From positions 9,651 through 73,650 of the forward strand of contig JBEEPK010000003.1 in the NCBI GenBank assembly GCA_041191145.1: 64,000 nucleotides of DNA. Direction: 5' to 3'. Below the pieces are notes generated by a model, which saw nothing but the letters and a program-made list of their open reading frames with translations, ran no database searches and was not told where the DNA came from. Of the stretch, positions 47,367-57,039 are shown one piece after another. Position 1 is the first letter of the stretch, and each line of letters begins with the position of its first letter. The DNA comes from Bacteroidota bacterium. GTDB lineage: Bacteria; Bacteroidota; Ignavibacteria; Kapaibacteriales; UBA961. A program made the position numbers and the translations under genes.

Positions 47367-48620
47367 TTTCTTCTCATCTCTTTCTAATTGCTCTCTATGA
47401 TCAGGATGTGCTATATCAATGAGGGCCTTACATCTTTGCTTTATGTTTTTCCCAAACATATCAGCTATTCCATATTCAGTGACAATATAATGTGCATGAG
47501 CTCTTGTTGTAACAACACCCGCTCCGGGTTGTAACATGCCTACTATTTTACTTTCACCGGAAGCGGTGACAGAAGGAAGAGCAATGATGGGTTTCCCTCC
47601 ATCTGAAAGCGATGCACCTCTCATAAAATCCATTTGACCTCCAACACCCGAATAAATGGATGTACCGATGGAATCAGCACAGATTTGTCCTGTCAAATCT
47701 ATTTCAATCGCACTATTGATGGCTGTAACTTTTGGATTTCTACGAATGACATTTGTATCATTGATATATGCGATATCAAGGAAAACAATTGCGGGATTAT
47801 CATCTACAAAATCATACAGTTTCTTTGAGCCCATTACAAATCCAGTCACAATCTTCCCTGGATGTACTCTTTTCATAGATCCATCGATCACACCTTTTTC
47901 AATAAGTGGGATTAAGCCATCAGAAAACATTTCTGTATGAATTCCCAGATGTTTATGATTGGACAATGAACTTAGAACAGCATCAGGAATTGCTCCTATA
48001 CCCATTTGGAGTGTTGCTCCATCTTCAATGAGAGTAGCTACATGATTTCCAATGGCGGTATGAACTTCTGATAAAATTGGGCCATGATATTCAGGCAAAT
48101 CTTGATTATGTATCACGCCATAATCTATATTGTCAATATGAATAAAACCATCCCCATGTGTTCTTGGCATATGCTCATTGATTTGAGCTATTATTGTTGT
48201 AGAGTGTTCTAATACTGCTTTGGCAATATCAACTGAAATTCCCAAAGAGCAAAATCCATGTGCATCAGGTGGTGAAACCTGGATCAATGCACAATCAACA
48301 GGCATTAAACCACGACGAAAAAGCATCGGAACTTCACTCAGAAATATCGGCATATATTCAGCTCTTCCAGCATTCACGGCTTCTCGTATGTTTGACCCCA
48401 CAAAAAAAGCATTCACTTTGAATGATTGCTCCATACCTGGCTCTGAATATGGTGCCGGTCCTTCCGTATGGAGTTGAATAATCTCAACATTTCGCAATGA
48501 ATCTGAATAATGCATCATTGCTTCGATCAATGACTGGGGAGCCGCAGCCACGCTATGAATGAAAACTCGGGAATTTGATGTTAAAAGCGATAAAGCTTCT
48601 AAAGCCGTGGTCAAGACCAT
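47361..48620 (-). CDS. Acetyl-CoA hydrolase/transferase family (4-hydroxybutyrate CoA-transferase-like)
   Basis: P.FLSE.P, SPPD.HGFCSLG, TLQ.GIG.IP, HTEMFSDG, NSAIE.DLTGQ..ADS, GVGGQ.DF.RGA, VTEYG. Confidence 0.92.
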   Translation of the reverse strand: MVLTTALEALSLLTSNSRVFIHSVAAAPQSLIEAMMHYSDSLRNVEIIQLHTEGPAPYSEPGMEQSFKVNAFFVGSNIREAVNAGRAEYMPIFLSEVPMLFRRGLMPVDCALIQVSPPDAHGFCSLGISVDIAKAVLEHSTTIIAQINEHMPRTHGDGFIHIDNIDYGVIHNQDLPEYHGPILSEVHTAIGNHVATLIEDGATLQMGIGAIPDAVLSSLSNHKHLGIHTEMFSDGLIPLIEKGVIDGSMKRVHPGKIVTGFVMGSKKLYDFVDDNPAIVFLDIAYINDTNVIRRNPKVTAINSAIEIDLTGQICADSIGTSIYSGVGGQMDFMRGASLSDGGKPIIALPSVTASGESKIVGMLQPGAGVVTTRAHAHYIVTEYGIADMFGKNIKQRCKALIDIAHPDHREQLERDEKKL

Positions 48621-48737
48621 AATTCTATCCTATTATGCCAAGTAGTTGTGGTCAATTATGTAATTTTAAGCCAAGAATACTCGAAATGAGTGTCACTTAA
48701 TTTACTGAATATCGATATTAACTTTCTTGAGAAATGT

Positions 48738-49421
48738 ATGATTAAAGCAGTGATATTCGATTTGGACAATACACTTGTAGATTTCATGGCAATGAAACAT
48801 CAGGCAATTGATGCGGCAATCAATGCAATGATTGATGCAGGATTGAATTTGACCATGAATCAGTTGCAAGGACATATCAAGACAATATATGATGCACAAG
48901 GAATTGAGTATCAAAGAGTGTTCGATGAATTGCTCACTCAACAATTGGGATATCTAGATTATCGCATCTTATCAGCCGGCATCATTGCGTATAGAAGAGC
49001 AAGAGAGGCAGCTTTGAAGCCATATCCCCATGTGACTGCAACTTTGATGTCGCTTGTAAAGTCAAATATAAAACTTGGTGTTGTATCAGATGCACCTGCT
49101 AGAGAAGCTTGGCTCAGACTGTGTCACATCAATTATCATCATACTTTTGATGCAGTGGTTACATATGATGATACCGGTGAAAGAAAGCCAAGTCCTGTAC
49201 CATTTCAAACAGCTTTGAAAAAGCTAGACATTGCTCCTGAACATGCAATCATGGTTGGTGATTGGGTTGAAAGAGACATGGTCGGTGCAAAGAATGTTGG
49301 CATGCATACAGCTTTTGCTCAATATGGTGATTCATTTGGCAATCAAGATGTAAAAGCTGATTATATACTTGAAGATATCTCTCAACTACTCCAGATAGTC
49401 CAATCACATAATGCTTCTTAA
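48738..49421 (+). CDS. HAD-superfamily hydrolase
   Basis: FDLDNTL, VSD, KP.P..F, MVGD...RD..GA...G. Confidence 0.9.
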   Translation: MIKAVIFDLDNTLVDFMAMKHQAIDAAINAMIDAGLNLTMNQLQGHIKTIYDAQGIEYQRVFDELLTQQLGYLDYRILSAGIIAYRRAREAALKPYPHVTATLMSLVKSNIKLGVVSDAPAREAWLRLCHINYHHTFDAVVTYDDTGERKPSPVPFQTALKKLDIAPEHAIMVGDWVERDMVGAKNVGMHTAFAQYGDSFGNQDVKADYILEDISQLLQIVQSHNAS

Positions 49422-49430
49422 TGAAGATTC

Positions 49431-51965
49431 ATGCTTAATCGCTTACCAATATTACGCTTACTTTCTCAATATGGAATGCCGATTCTCATATCATTGATTA
49501 TATGTGGAATCGGTTTGGGAATTTTCTCATTGTCTTTGGTAACAAAAACTTCCATTGACAAAGGTGAGATACATCACTCTGAGTCAATCATGGATTCAGT
49601 TCATATTTACAGAAACAAGTTCAGTATTCCACATATCGTTTCTAATAATGAACAAGATGCATTCATGGCAATGGGATATGTTCATGCTCAAGACAGATTG
49701 TGGCAAATGGATATAGCTCGAAGAGCTGGTAGAGGACGATTGGCAGAAATCTTCGGAGAGCAAGCTTTACAAACGGATAGATTCATGAGGGTGATGAATC
49801 TTGTGGAAATAGCAGGGAAATTATTCAAGAATTCGAGTAAAACAACAAAACAAATCCTTGAATCCTATAGCAAAGGTGTAAACCTTTTTTTGGAGATGAA
49901 TCCTGATAAAGTGCCATTTGAATTTGGAGCATTGAGTTATAAACCTGAATCATGGACACCTGAAGATTGTCTCATCATCATGAGATTAATGGCGATTGAA
50001 ATGAATATGAGCATGTGGACAGATTTAGCATTCGGTGAGATTGCTGATAAATTTGGGATTCAACCTGCTCTAGCTATGATACCGAAAAATACTCCGGGAA
50101 CTGTATATCAATATGGAGGTTCAAGTCAAGAGGTTAAGTCTGTAGATAATTCAATTGCACAAGGAAATATGGAAGGTTTTTCTACCGTACAAACTTCCAT
50201 GGTTCTAACTGCAAGGGAGTATCTTGGCTTCTCTGGAGATGGCATAGGTAGCAATGCTTGGGTAATGCGAACATCTCCAAAAGAAAAGATATCATCCGTA
50301 ATTTTGGCTAATGATCCTCATTTGAAGTTATCATTACCAGCCCGTTGGTATCAAGCACATATAACCAGCCCTGGTTTTAATGCCATTGGTGCAACCATTC
50401 CTGGTTTACCTCTCATTGTTTCGGGTAGGAATGAAGTGAGTTCTTGGGGTATCACTAATATGATGAATGATGATTTTGACTATTTCATAGAAAAAATCGA
50501 TAAAAAGAATTCAAATTTCTATTTCAATGAATCCGGCGAAAGGGTAAAATTCAAATATAAAAGAGATACCATCATCATTAAAAATGGTGAACCACTTATT
50601 TATGATATCCGCTATACTGATCGCTCTGCCGTTATTTCAGATGCGCCTCCAACTGGACCTATAAAGGATATCAAGAATGTGAAATCCATATTTGATAGAT
50701 ATTGTTTGACATATTCTTGGACAGGCATGCAGATGTCTGATGAGATTCTCGGTGTTTACAAAGTCATGAAATCAACTTCTTGGACAGATTGCAAAAAAGG
50801 ATTTGATCTATGGTGTGCACCTGCATTGAATTTTGTTTATGGAAATGCGAATGGTACCATTGCTTCTGCAACAATAGGAATGATCGCCAAGAGAGGAGAT
50901 AAAAATAATCCGAATCTTCCTTCACCTGGTTGGAAAAAAGGCTATTCTTGGACGGGTGTTTATACTTCTTCCATTTTACCATCTCAATCATTCCAAGGAA
51001 ATGATTATTCCAAACGATTCATCATTACAGCAAATAATCCGCTCACGTCTAATCCAAATGTATATCATTCTGCTCTGTGGGAACCTTCATCCAGAGCAGA
51101 TAGATTACAACAAACCTTGAAAGAATTTGATGAATATGATGTTCGCGATGCCCAATTTTTACAAATGGATGTGTATTCGGCATATGCTCAACAAGTGATG
51201 GATTCAATATTGCCTGGATTGATTAAAAAGAAAAAGTATATGCCTGTGAATGCCAAAAAGGCAATAGAAAAAATGAAGAACTGGAAATGTTATATCACAA
51301 ATCAAGATATAGAACCTTCGATATTTTCATTGTTTATTGAAGAGTATTATCGATCAGTTTTTGAAGATCAACTCACTGCACCGATATTAAAGCTCTATAA
51401 TATTGTAACCAATGTTCCTACCCGTATCATTCTGCACACATTGCATGATTCAGAAGGAAAATGGAATACTTGGTTTGACGATGTAAGGACAAAACAAATC
51501 AAGGAAGACAGATCAGAGATAGTATTCAGATCATTCTTGAGAGCAATCAAAAAAGGGGAGACATACTATGGAAATACAGATATACGGACTTGGAAATATG
51601 GCAAGTTACATTCCATCACATTGGAACATCTGTTTTCTTCAAGCAAATTATTATCACCAATTGTGACCCATGGTCCATTTCCGCATGGCGGTAATAATAC
51701 TACCTTAAACAATGGATCTTGGTCATTCAATGATCCATTCAAACAAACCTTGGGAGCATCAGTCAGAGTCATTTCCGACATGCGAGACTCCATGCTTTAT
51801 TGCGTATTACCGGGTGGTGTGTCCGGAGAGCCACTAAGCTCACATTATAGTGATCAAGTTCAATTATGGCTCAATGGGGGGTATATCGCTCTTTCAGCCA
51901 CGAGAAATATTTCACCCGATTTCACGCTTTCTTCAATCTTGGCGCCGGAACCAAAGAATGACTGA
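49431..51965 (+). CDS. Penicillin acylase family Ntn hydrolase (membrane-anchored)
   Basis: IPHI, G..HAQDRLWQM...RR...GRLAE, GSNAW (catalytic Ser), ANDPHL, PGG.SG...S.HY.DQ. Confidence 0.92.
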   Translation: MLNRLPILRLLSQYGMPILISLIICGIGLGIFSLSLVTKTSIDKGEIHHSESIMDSVHIYRNKFSIPHIVSNNEQDAFMAMGYVHAQDRLWQMDIARRAGRGRLAEIFGEQALQTDRFMRVMNLVEIAGKLFKNSSKTTKQILESYSKGVNLFLEMNPDKVPFEFGALSYKPESWTPEDCLIIMRLMAIEMNMSMWTDLAFGEIADKFGIQPALAMIPKNTPGTVYQYGGSSQEVKSVDNSIAQGNMEGFSTVQTSMVLTAREYLGFSGDGIGSNAWVMRTSPKEKISSVILANDPHLKLSLPARWYQAHITSPGFNAIGATIPGLPLIVSGRNEVSSWGITNMMNDDFDYFIEKIDKKNSNFYFNESGERVKFKYKRDTIIIKNGEPLIYDIRYTDRSAVISDAPPTGPIKDIKNVKSIFDRYCLTYSWTGMQMSDEILGVYKVMKSTSWTDCKKGFDLWCAPALNFVYGNANGTIASATIGMIAKRGDKNNPNLPSPGWKKGYSWTGVYTSSILPSQSFQGNDYSKRFIITANNPLTSNPNVYHSALWEPSSRADRLQQTLKEFDEYDVRDAQFLQMDVYSAYAQQVMDSILPGLIKKKKYMPVNAKKAIEKMKNWKCYITNQDIEPSIFSLFIEEYYRSVFEDQLTAPILKLYNIVTNVPTRIILHTLHDSEGKWNTWFDDVRTKQIKEDRSEIVFRSFLRAIKKGETYYGNTDIRTWKYGKLHSITLEHLFSSSKLLSPIVTHGPFPHGGNNTTLNNGSWSFNDPFKQTLGASVRVISDMRDSMLYCVLPGGVSGEPLSSHYSDQVQLWLNGGYIALSATRNISPDFTLSSILAPEPKND

Positions 51966-52707
51966 ATTCATCATTGATACAAAAAAGTATCCCAAACCAC
52001 GCAGCAGACATCACAATGCTGCGAATGTGTATTTCCCTTTGGACAAATTGGGTACAATACCCAGATATTATCCTCCATTGATCGAGCAAATCAATTGGAG
52101 TGATTTTTTTACCAATGGAATGCCTCCTTCGGTATTGGATATTGGTTGTGGATGGGGATCATTCATGATGAATTATTCTGTAAATAATCCTGAATCCAAT
52201 ATTCTGGGAATAGAAATCAGACATTTATTGACTGAATGGATTAATAATATCATACATGGTGAATCTATTACAAATGCACATGCTTTATGGTATTCTTTAC
52301 CAAATGGATTGCATTTCCTTGCCAATGATTCCATACATGAATTCTTCTCATTTTTCCCGGATCCTTGGGTTAAAAAGAAACATCATAAAAGAAGAGCATT
52401 CACCGAAGAACTGATTCAAGAATGTATCCGATTATCAAAACATGATGCACAATTCAGAATCATGACTGATGTTCCTGAAGTTGCAGATTATCAATTAGCT
52501 CTACTGAGTGAACACCCTGCATTTGTCATGGAATATGCAGAGTATTGTGGTGAATACGACCTTACTTGGAATGATACTGTATCGGGAATCTCTCTTCAGG
52601 AATATAATGCTGAGCTGTGGAATCTACCCATGACCGATCAAGAAGTTTTCTCACGGAAGAAGCATATTCCATATCTTAGAATATCATATCGAATTCAAAA
52701 GATTTGA
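51958..52707 (+). CDS. trmB: tRNA (guanine-N7)-methyltransferase
   Basis: LDIGCGWG, LGIEIR, FPDPW.KKKHHKRR, TDV; start moved to 51958. Confidence 0.9.
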   Translation: MTEFIIDTKKYPKPRSRHHNAANVYFPLDKLGTIPRYYPPLIEQINWSDFFTNGMPPSVLDIGCGWGSFMMNYSVNNPESNILGIEIRHLLTEWINNIIHGESITNAHALWYSLPNGLHFLANDSIHEFFSFFPDPWVKKKHHKRRAFTEELIQECIRLSKHDAQFRIMTDVPEVADYQLALLSEHPAFVMEYAEYCGEYDLTWNDTVSGISLQEYNAELWNLPMTDQEVFSRKKHIPYLRISYRIQKI

Positions 52708-53333
52708 TGACATCCATCAACATATTGGATTTTCTTGAAAATCAACCATTAACGCCTTCTCTTTTGCTATTTGCTTATCAAACCGGCTGGTTTCCCATGG
52801 CAGACGATGAAACAAATGAGATTTATTGGCATTCACCGATAAGAAGAGCAATATTTCCATTAAGTGAGGATGGACCAAAAACCACACTCAAGAAAGCTTA
52901 TAAGAAATCAGAATGGTCTTTTACAATTAACTCTGCATTTTCAGATGTAATTCAACAATGTGCCAAACGAAAAGATACATGGATAAGTCAAGACATAATA
53001 ATGACTTACACTGAATTACATAATCAAGGATTTGCACATTCTGTTGAAACATATCATGAAGAAAATCTCATTGGTGGACTCTATGGAGTATCCATAGGAT
53101 CTGCTTTCTTTGGTGAATCCATGTTCAGTCTTCAATCAAATGCTTCAAAATTGGCTTTTGTACATTTATACAATCATTTGATACATCAAGGATTCACGCT
53201 TCTGGATTCTCAGTATATAAATGATCATACTCTATCATTGGGTGCAAAAACCATATCGAGATCCCAATATCTGCAGATGCTTTCAGAAGCAGTACAAAAG
53301 AAAGACATAGCATTTACTCATTCTAATTTGTAA
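52704..53333 (+). CDS. aat: Leucyl/phenylalanyl-tRNA--protein transferase
   Basis: AY..G.FPM, W.SP..R, F..VI..CA, GGLYGV..G..FFGESMFS...NASK, DSQ...H..SLGA. Confidence 0.95.
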   Translation: MMTSINILDFLENQPLTPSLLLFAYQTGWFPMADDETNEIYWHSPIRRAIFPLSEDGPKTTLKKAYKKSEWSFTINSAFSDVIQQCAKRKDTWISQDIIMTYTELHNQGFAHSVETYHEENLIGGLYGVSIGSAFFGESMFSLQSNASKLAFVHLYNHLIHQGFTLLDSQYINDHTLSLGAKTISRSQYLQMLSEAVQKKDIAFTHSNL

Positions 53334-53338
53334 TCGTC

Positions 53339-53821
53339 ATGAGAACCATCTCAATTGAAAGTAATGGTAGAATTGAAAAGACAGCTGTGTATTTGAATGG
53401 TGAACAAATATCAGGTATTAAGGAATTACTTTTGTCAATAGATGAAGAAGGTATATTCAATGCAATAATTTCATTCAGTTCCTCTTCAGGTACTTTACTA
53501 ACAAAACAGTTGTTTACCGATGATCTATCGCAATTGCAAAGAAGAGAAGCCGCTTTCTCGGAAGATGAAGCGATGGATTTACGCTCAATGGCAATTGAAA
53601 GTGATGGAACTCTCGACAATACATCAGTATTCATGAATAATGAGTTTATTGATGGCATAGTGTCAATCATGGTGCATATCATGATTGATTCGGTTCAAAA
53701 GAGAGAAAATGTGTTCACAAAGATCTTTTCCAAAAATCAATCATATTCAGAAACACGATTTATTTCTGAAATCGTCTTAAGGAACCCTGATGGTTCTGAA
53801 AGTATCGAATCTATTTTCTGA
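53339..53821 (+). CDS. Hypothetical acidic protein with an internal duplication
   Basis: SIESNGRIEKTAVYLNGEQISGI and AIESDGTLDNTSVFMNNEFIDGI repeats; same-strand operon context. Confidence 0.75.
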   Translation: MRTISIESNGRIEKTAVYLNGEQISGIKELLLSIDEEGIFNAIISFSSSSGTLLTKQLFTDDLSQLQRREAAFSEDEAMDLRSMAIESDGTLDNTSVFMNNEFIDGIVSIMVHIMIDSVQKRENVFTKIFSKNQSYSETRFISEIVLRNPDGSESIESIF

Positions 53822-53829
53822 GGTATTCC

Positions 53830-54444
53830 ATGAATAAGTTCATGAAACATGCATATATCCTTTTCATCATTACCATGCTATCTTTCGTAGTATTGCCATT
53901 CACTTCTGAAGCGCGAGGTAGCTTTGGTGGGAGAGGCGGCCGCTCTTTTGGTACTCGATCATTTGGCGGATCACGGTCTTTTGGTTCATCCAGAAGAAAT
54001 TCTTTTGGTTCACCACGAACATTCTCTAATGGAAGATCTTTTCGATCGATGTCCACAGGTCGTTTCGCCAATGGACAACAATATAGAACTCGTTATGGAA
54101 TCCCAAGAAAAACAACTTCAATGAATCTTGCTCAAAATGGAAAAAACAGAAACTATGCGGTTCATTCGTATGGGGGATTGGGAGATGGTTTCATGACAGG
54201 ATATCTACTTGGTTCGATTCCTTGGTATTGGCATATGCCATTTCATCCGGCATTTTACTATTCGAGACCTGTGGTCGTAGATGGTACAAATGGCCAAAAG
54301 GAAGTCTATCCAGGAACATTTTCCTTCGGATCCGTAATCTTGGTGATTTTGATGTTAGGCGGAGTAGGCTTTATAATCTACGCTTTGTTCTTTAGAAGAA
54401 AAAAACAACACTTCAATTACGGAGAACATTCTTCATTTGGGTAA
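53830..54444 (+). CDS. Gly/Arg/Ser-rich exported membrane protein with SFG repeats
   Basis: Signal peptide, RSFG low-complexity tract, C-terminal TM helix followed by RRKK. Confidence 0.75.
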   Translation: MNKFMKHAYILFIITMLSFVVLPFTSEARGSFGGRGGRSFGTRSFGGSRSFGSSRRNSFGSPRTFSNGRSFRSMSTGRFANGQQYRTRYGIPRKTTSMNLAQNGKNRNYAVHSYGGLGDGFMTGYLLGSIPWYWHMPFHPAFYYSRPVVVDGTNGQKEVYPGTFSFGSVILVILMLGGVGFIIYALFFRRKKQHFNYGEHSSFG

Positions 54445-55743
54445 TCATTGTTGAATAGTCATATAAATAGTCACTGCTCTTGATTTTGTTCTTCTTTCTT
54501 GAATGGAAGAATCTCCATTCATCTCACGAATTCCTTCACCTGAAACATCATGAGATTGTAGACCACATGTTTTGAGGTAATCAGTAATGCTTTGAGCTCT
54601 TTTAATGGAGAGCTTTTTATTATACTGAACAGTACCAACATCATCTGTGTATCCTTTAATGATGACAAACTTATTTCGATCTTTCACTTGATCGCAAATC
54701 TCTTGTAACTGAGATCTATGAGCAGAAGTCAATTTCCATTGATTGCTTTCAAAATACAATTCGAGAGTGGTATTCGAAAATGGTTTTTGTACTTGAGGAA
54801 GCGCTACCACTTTTTTATCTTCAGGCCTGATATCAGGTTGAAGACACACAAAGTACATCCCTTCACGATCATTTATTGTGTCGGTTGAAATGATGCATGC
54901 CGTATCCCCTCGGGCAGTTAATGTGATAGAACGCTCATTCCCGGATGTGTTTATATATGGGCCTAAATTGACCGGTTTACTCCATGAGGTCCAGCTATCA
55001 TCCAATCTTCTTGATAAGAAGAGATCACTTCCTCCATAACCTCCCAGTCCATTTGAGTAGTAATACAGTGTTTTATTATCTTGTGCTATAAATGGGGAAC
55101 CCTCTCGTGAAGATGTATTAATTGATTTACCCATCCACACTGGACTTGACCATACATTGTCACTCTCTTTAAAAGAAACATATAAGTCTAAATCTCCCAT
55201 TGATTCTGAATGATTCATTGCTAGAATCAATACATTTTGATCTGCATTCATTGTTGCAAAATATTGAGGCGATCTCATGACAAAATCTTTAATGGTGAGA
55301 GCAGGTTTGATATCCCAAGTGTCTTTCTTTACATCTGCCATGTGAAAAGATAAATTGCCAAGTGCATTAACTGTTGCTATGAATGCTGAATTTCCATCTG
55401 AAGTAATTGAGAAAAGAGCATTGGAAAGTTTTGTATTGATTGTTGGCCCTGCATTAATAGGTGAGGTCCAATAATTATTGCTGATTCTATCGGTATACCA
55501 TATATCATCCGGATCCGAAATACCACCGATATTATCCGGATGCTCTTTTCGGACAAAATACAATCTTGTTCCTGAAGGATGAAGAACAGGAAGCAATGTA
55601 CGAGAATAACTATTCACTATGTCGGGCAATCGTTCTTTGCAATAGAAGAATTGTTGTGCTTCAACTATGTGAAACATAAACAGCTGCAAAACAATAAAAC
55701 ATATATTGTTTAATTGTTGAATTGTGCTTTTATTGCGCTCCAT
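54445..55743 (-). CDS. OmpA-family protein with PD40 (WD40-like) repeats
   Basis: P.L.P.G..LYF, GDLDLYVS, E.SPFIA.D..TLY..S.G.GG.GG.DL; C-terminal FES...GYTD..G...YN..LS..RA.S. Confidence 0.88.
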   Translation of the reverse strand: MERNKSTIQQLNNICFIVLQLFMFHIVEAQQFFYCKERLPDIVNSYSRTLLPVLHPSGTRLYFVRKEHPDNIGGISDPDDIWYTDRISNNYWTSPINAGPTINTKLSNALFSITSDGNSAFIATVNALGNLSFHMADVKKDTWDIKPALTIKDFVMRSPQYFATMNADQNVLILAMNHSESMGDLDLYVSFKESDNVWSSPVWMGKSINTSSREGSPFIAQDNKTLYYYSNGLGGYGGSDLFLSRRLDDSWTSWSKPVNLGPYINTSGNERSITLTARGDTACIISTDTINDREGMYFVCLQPDIRPEDKKVVALPQVQKPFSNTTLELYFESNQWKLTSAHRSQLQEICDQVKDRNKFVIIKGYTDDVGTVQYNKKLSIKRAQSITDYLKTCGLQSHDVSGEGIREMNGDSSIQERRTKSRAVTIYMTIQQ

Positions 55744-56303
55744 GTTATTCCTGTTGTATCTTGTTTCCCCAGAAAGTCAGACCATCGCTGTATGCTCCAA
55801 AGTCCATCAACTTGTCTTTTTATGACAAATCTCAAAGAACCGTTTGCTTCACCTGAAATTGAAATCATTCCATGCGGGACTATAAGTCGATAATCAGACT
55901 GAATAATGACTGAATCCGGGGTTATTCCATCAATATTGGTATTTGTTAATTGTAATTCCGTTTGTACTTCTTTCGGAATTTTAGACATGACATTTTGAAA
56001 ATAGACTCTTTCTTGATTGATGTTCCATTGAGAAAACAAACCACCATATCTGGTGAGTACTTCAATGCTTGGTTCAAATACAAAAAATTGGTTTGAAGCA
56101 TTCAAAGAATCTGAGAAACATCGAACATATCCTGTTGGATCTTTGAATTGAATAGATTTTTTCAGATTTAAAAGTACAGTCTGATAATCAAAAGGAGGAT
56201 CATACTGTACAGCATTTTCAGGATTCTCAGGAGTTCTTGGTTCCAATAAAGAACATCCTGAACATATGAGACAGAACAACAATATAGAAAGGTGGTGAAA
56301 CAT
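55710..56303 (-). CDS. Hypothetical lipoprotein
   Basis: Lipobox CSGC, then LLEPRTPE.P; operon with recR and the OmpA gene. Confidence 0.72.
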   Translation of the reverse strand: MFHHLSILLFCLICSGCSLLEPRTPENPENAVQYDPPFDYQTVLLNLKKSIQFKDPTGYVRCFSDSLNASNQFFVFEPSIEVLTRYGGLFSQWNINQERVYFQNVMSKIPKEVQTELQLTNTNIDGITPDSVIIQSDYRLIVPHGMISISGEANGSLRFVIKRQVDGLWSIQRWSDFLGKQDTTGITWSAIKAQFNN

Positions 56304-56305
56304 AC

Positions 56306-56902
56306 TTACATCGTTATTCTTGATTCTAAAGCTTTTGATAGCGTTGCTTCATCTGTGTACTCTAATTCACTACCAATAGGAATGCCCCGTGCAGGACGAC
56401 TGACAATGATTTCCAATGGCTTGATCATCCTGGCCAAATATTGCATTGTGACTTCACCTTCGACAGTAGGATTAAGAGCCAAAATGATTTCCTTAACATT
56501 AGAATCTAATCGTGCAATCAATTCACGAATTTTAAGATCATCCGGATTTATGCCCTCAAGCGGGTTTATATTTCCATGCAAAACATGATATAATCCCTTG
56601 AATTCACTCATCCTTTCAATAATCAATACATCCGTTGGTTGTTCTACCACGCAAATGACCGTTCGATCTCTTCTTTCTGAAGAACAAATCGGGCATGGAT
56701 CATGTTCGGTATATGTAAAGCATACTGAACATGAATGAACAGATTCTTTCATTCGTATCAAAGATGTCGCAAATGAATGTATGAATTCATCTGATTGTCT
56801 TAAGAGAAAAAAGGCAAGTCTTTGTGCTGTTTTTCTTCCAATCGATGGAAGGGAAGCAAAATGCTCCACAACAGCTTCTATGGCTTCGGATTGAACATTC
56901 AT
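56306..56902 (-). CDS. recR: Recombination mediator RecR
   Basis: LP.IG.KTAQR, C..C......PC.IC zinc finger, ICVVE, YHVL.G, TOPRIM ALNP.VEGE, A.GIP.G.ELEY.D. Confidence 0.96.
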   Translation of the reverse strand: MNVQSEAIEAVVEHFASLPSIGRKTAQRLAFFLLRQSDEFIHSFATSLIRMKESVHSCSVCFTYTEHDPCPICSSERRDRTVICVVEQPTDVLIIERMSEFKGLYHVLHGNINPLEGINPDDLKIRELIARLDSNVKEIILALNPTVEGEVTMQYLARMIKPLEIIVSRPARGIPIGSELEYTDEATLSKALESRITM

Positions 56903-56927
56903 AGTATGAGGTATGATAGTTGACACG

Positions 56928-56935
56928 CAAATTTA
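56928..56935 (-). promoter_or_regulatory. Bacteroidota-type -7 promoter box (TAAATTTG-C) for recR
   Basis: Exact match 26 nt upstream of ATG 56902; supports that start over 56926. Confidence 0.6.
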
Positions 56936-56988
56936 CTAAGTTATTCGTGTTCGACTCTCTGATATGGTCAATTCATGGAATTATCTGC

Positions 56989-56996
56989 TATTTTTG
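56989..56996 (+). promoter_or_regulatory. Bacteroidota-type -7 promoter box (TATTTTTG-CA) for pspA
   Basis: Exact match about 44 nt upstream of ATG 57040. Confidence 0.6.
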
Positions 56997-57039
56997 CATG
57001 TATTATCATGAAAATCACACTTTTTAACCGGAGTTAGTT

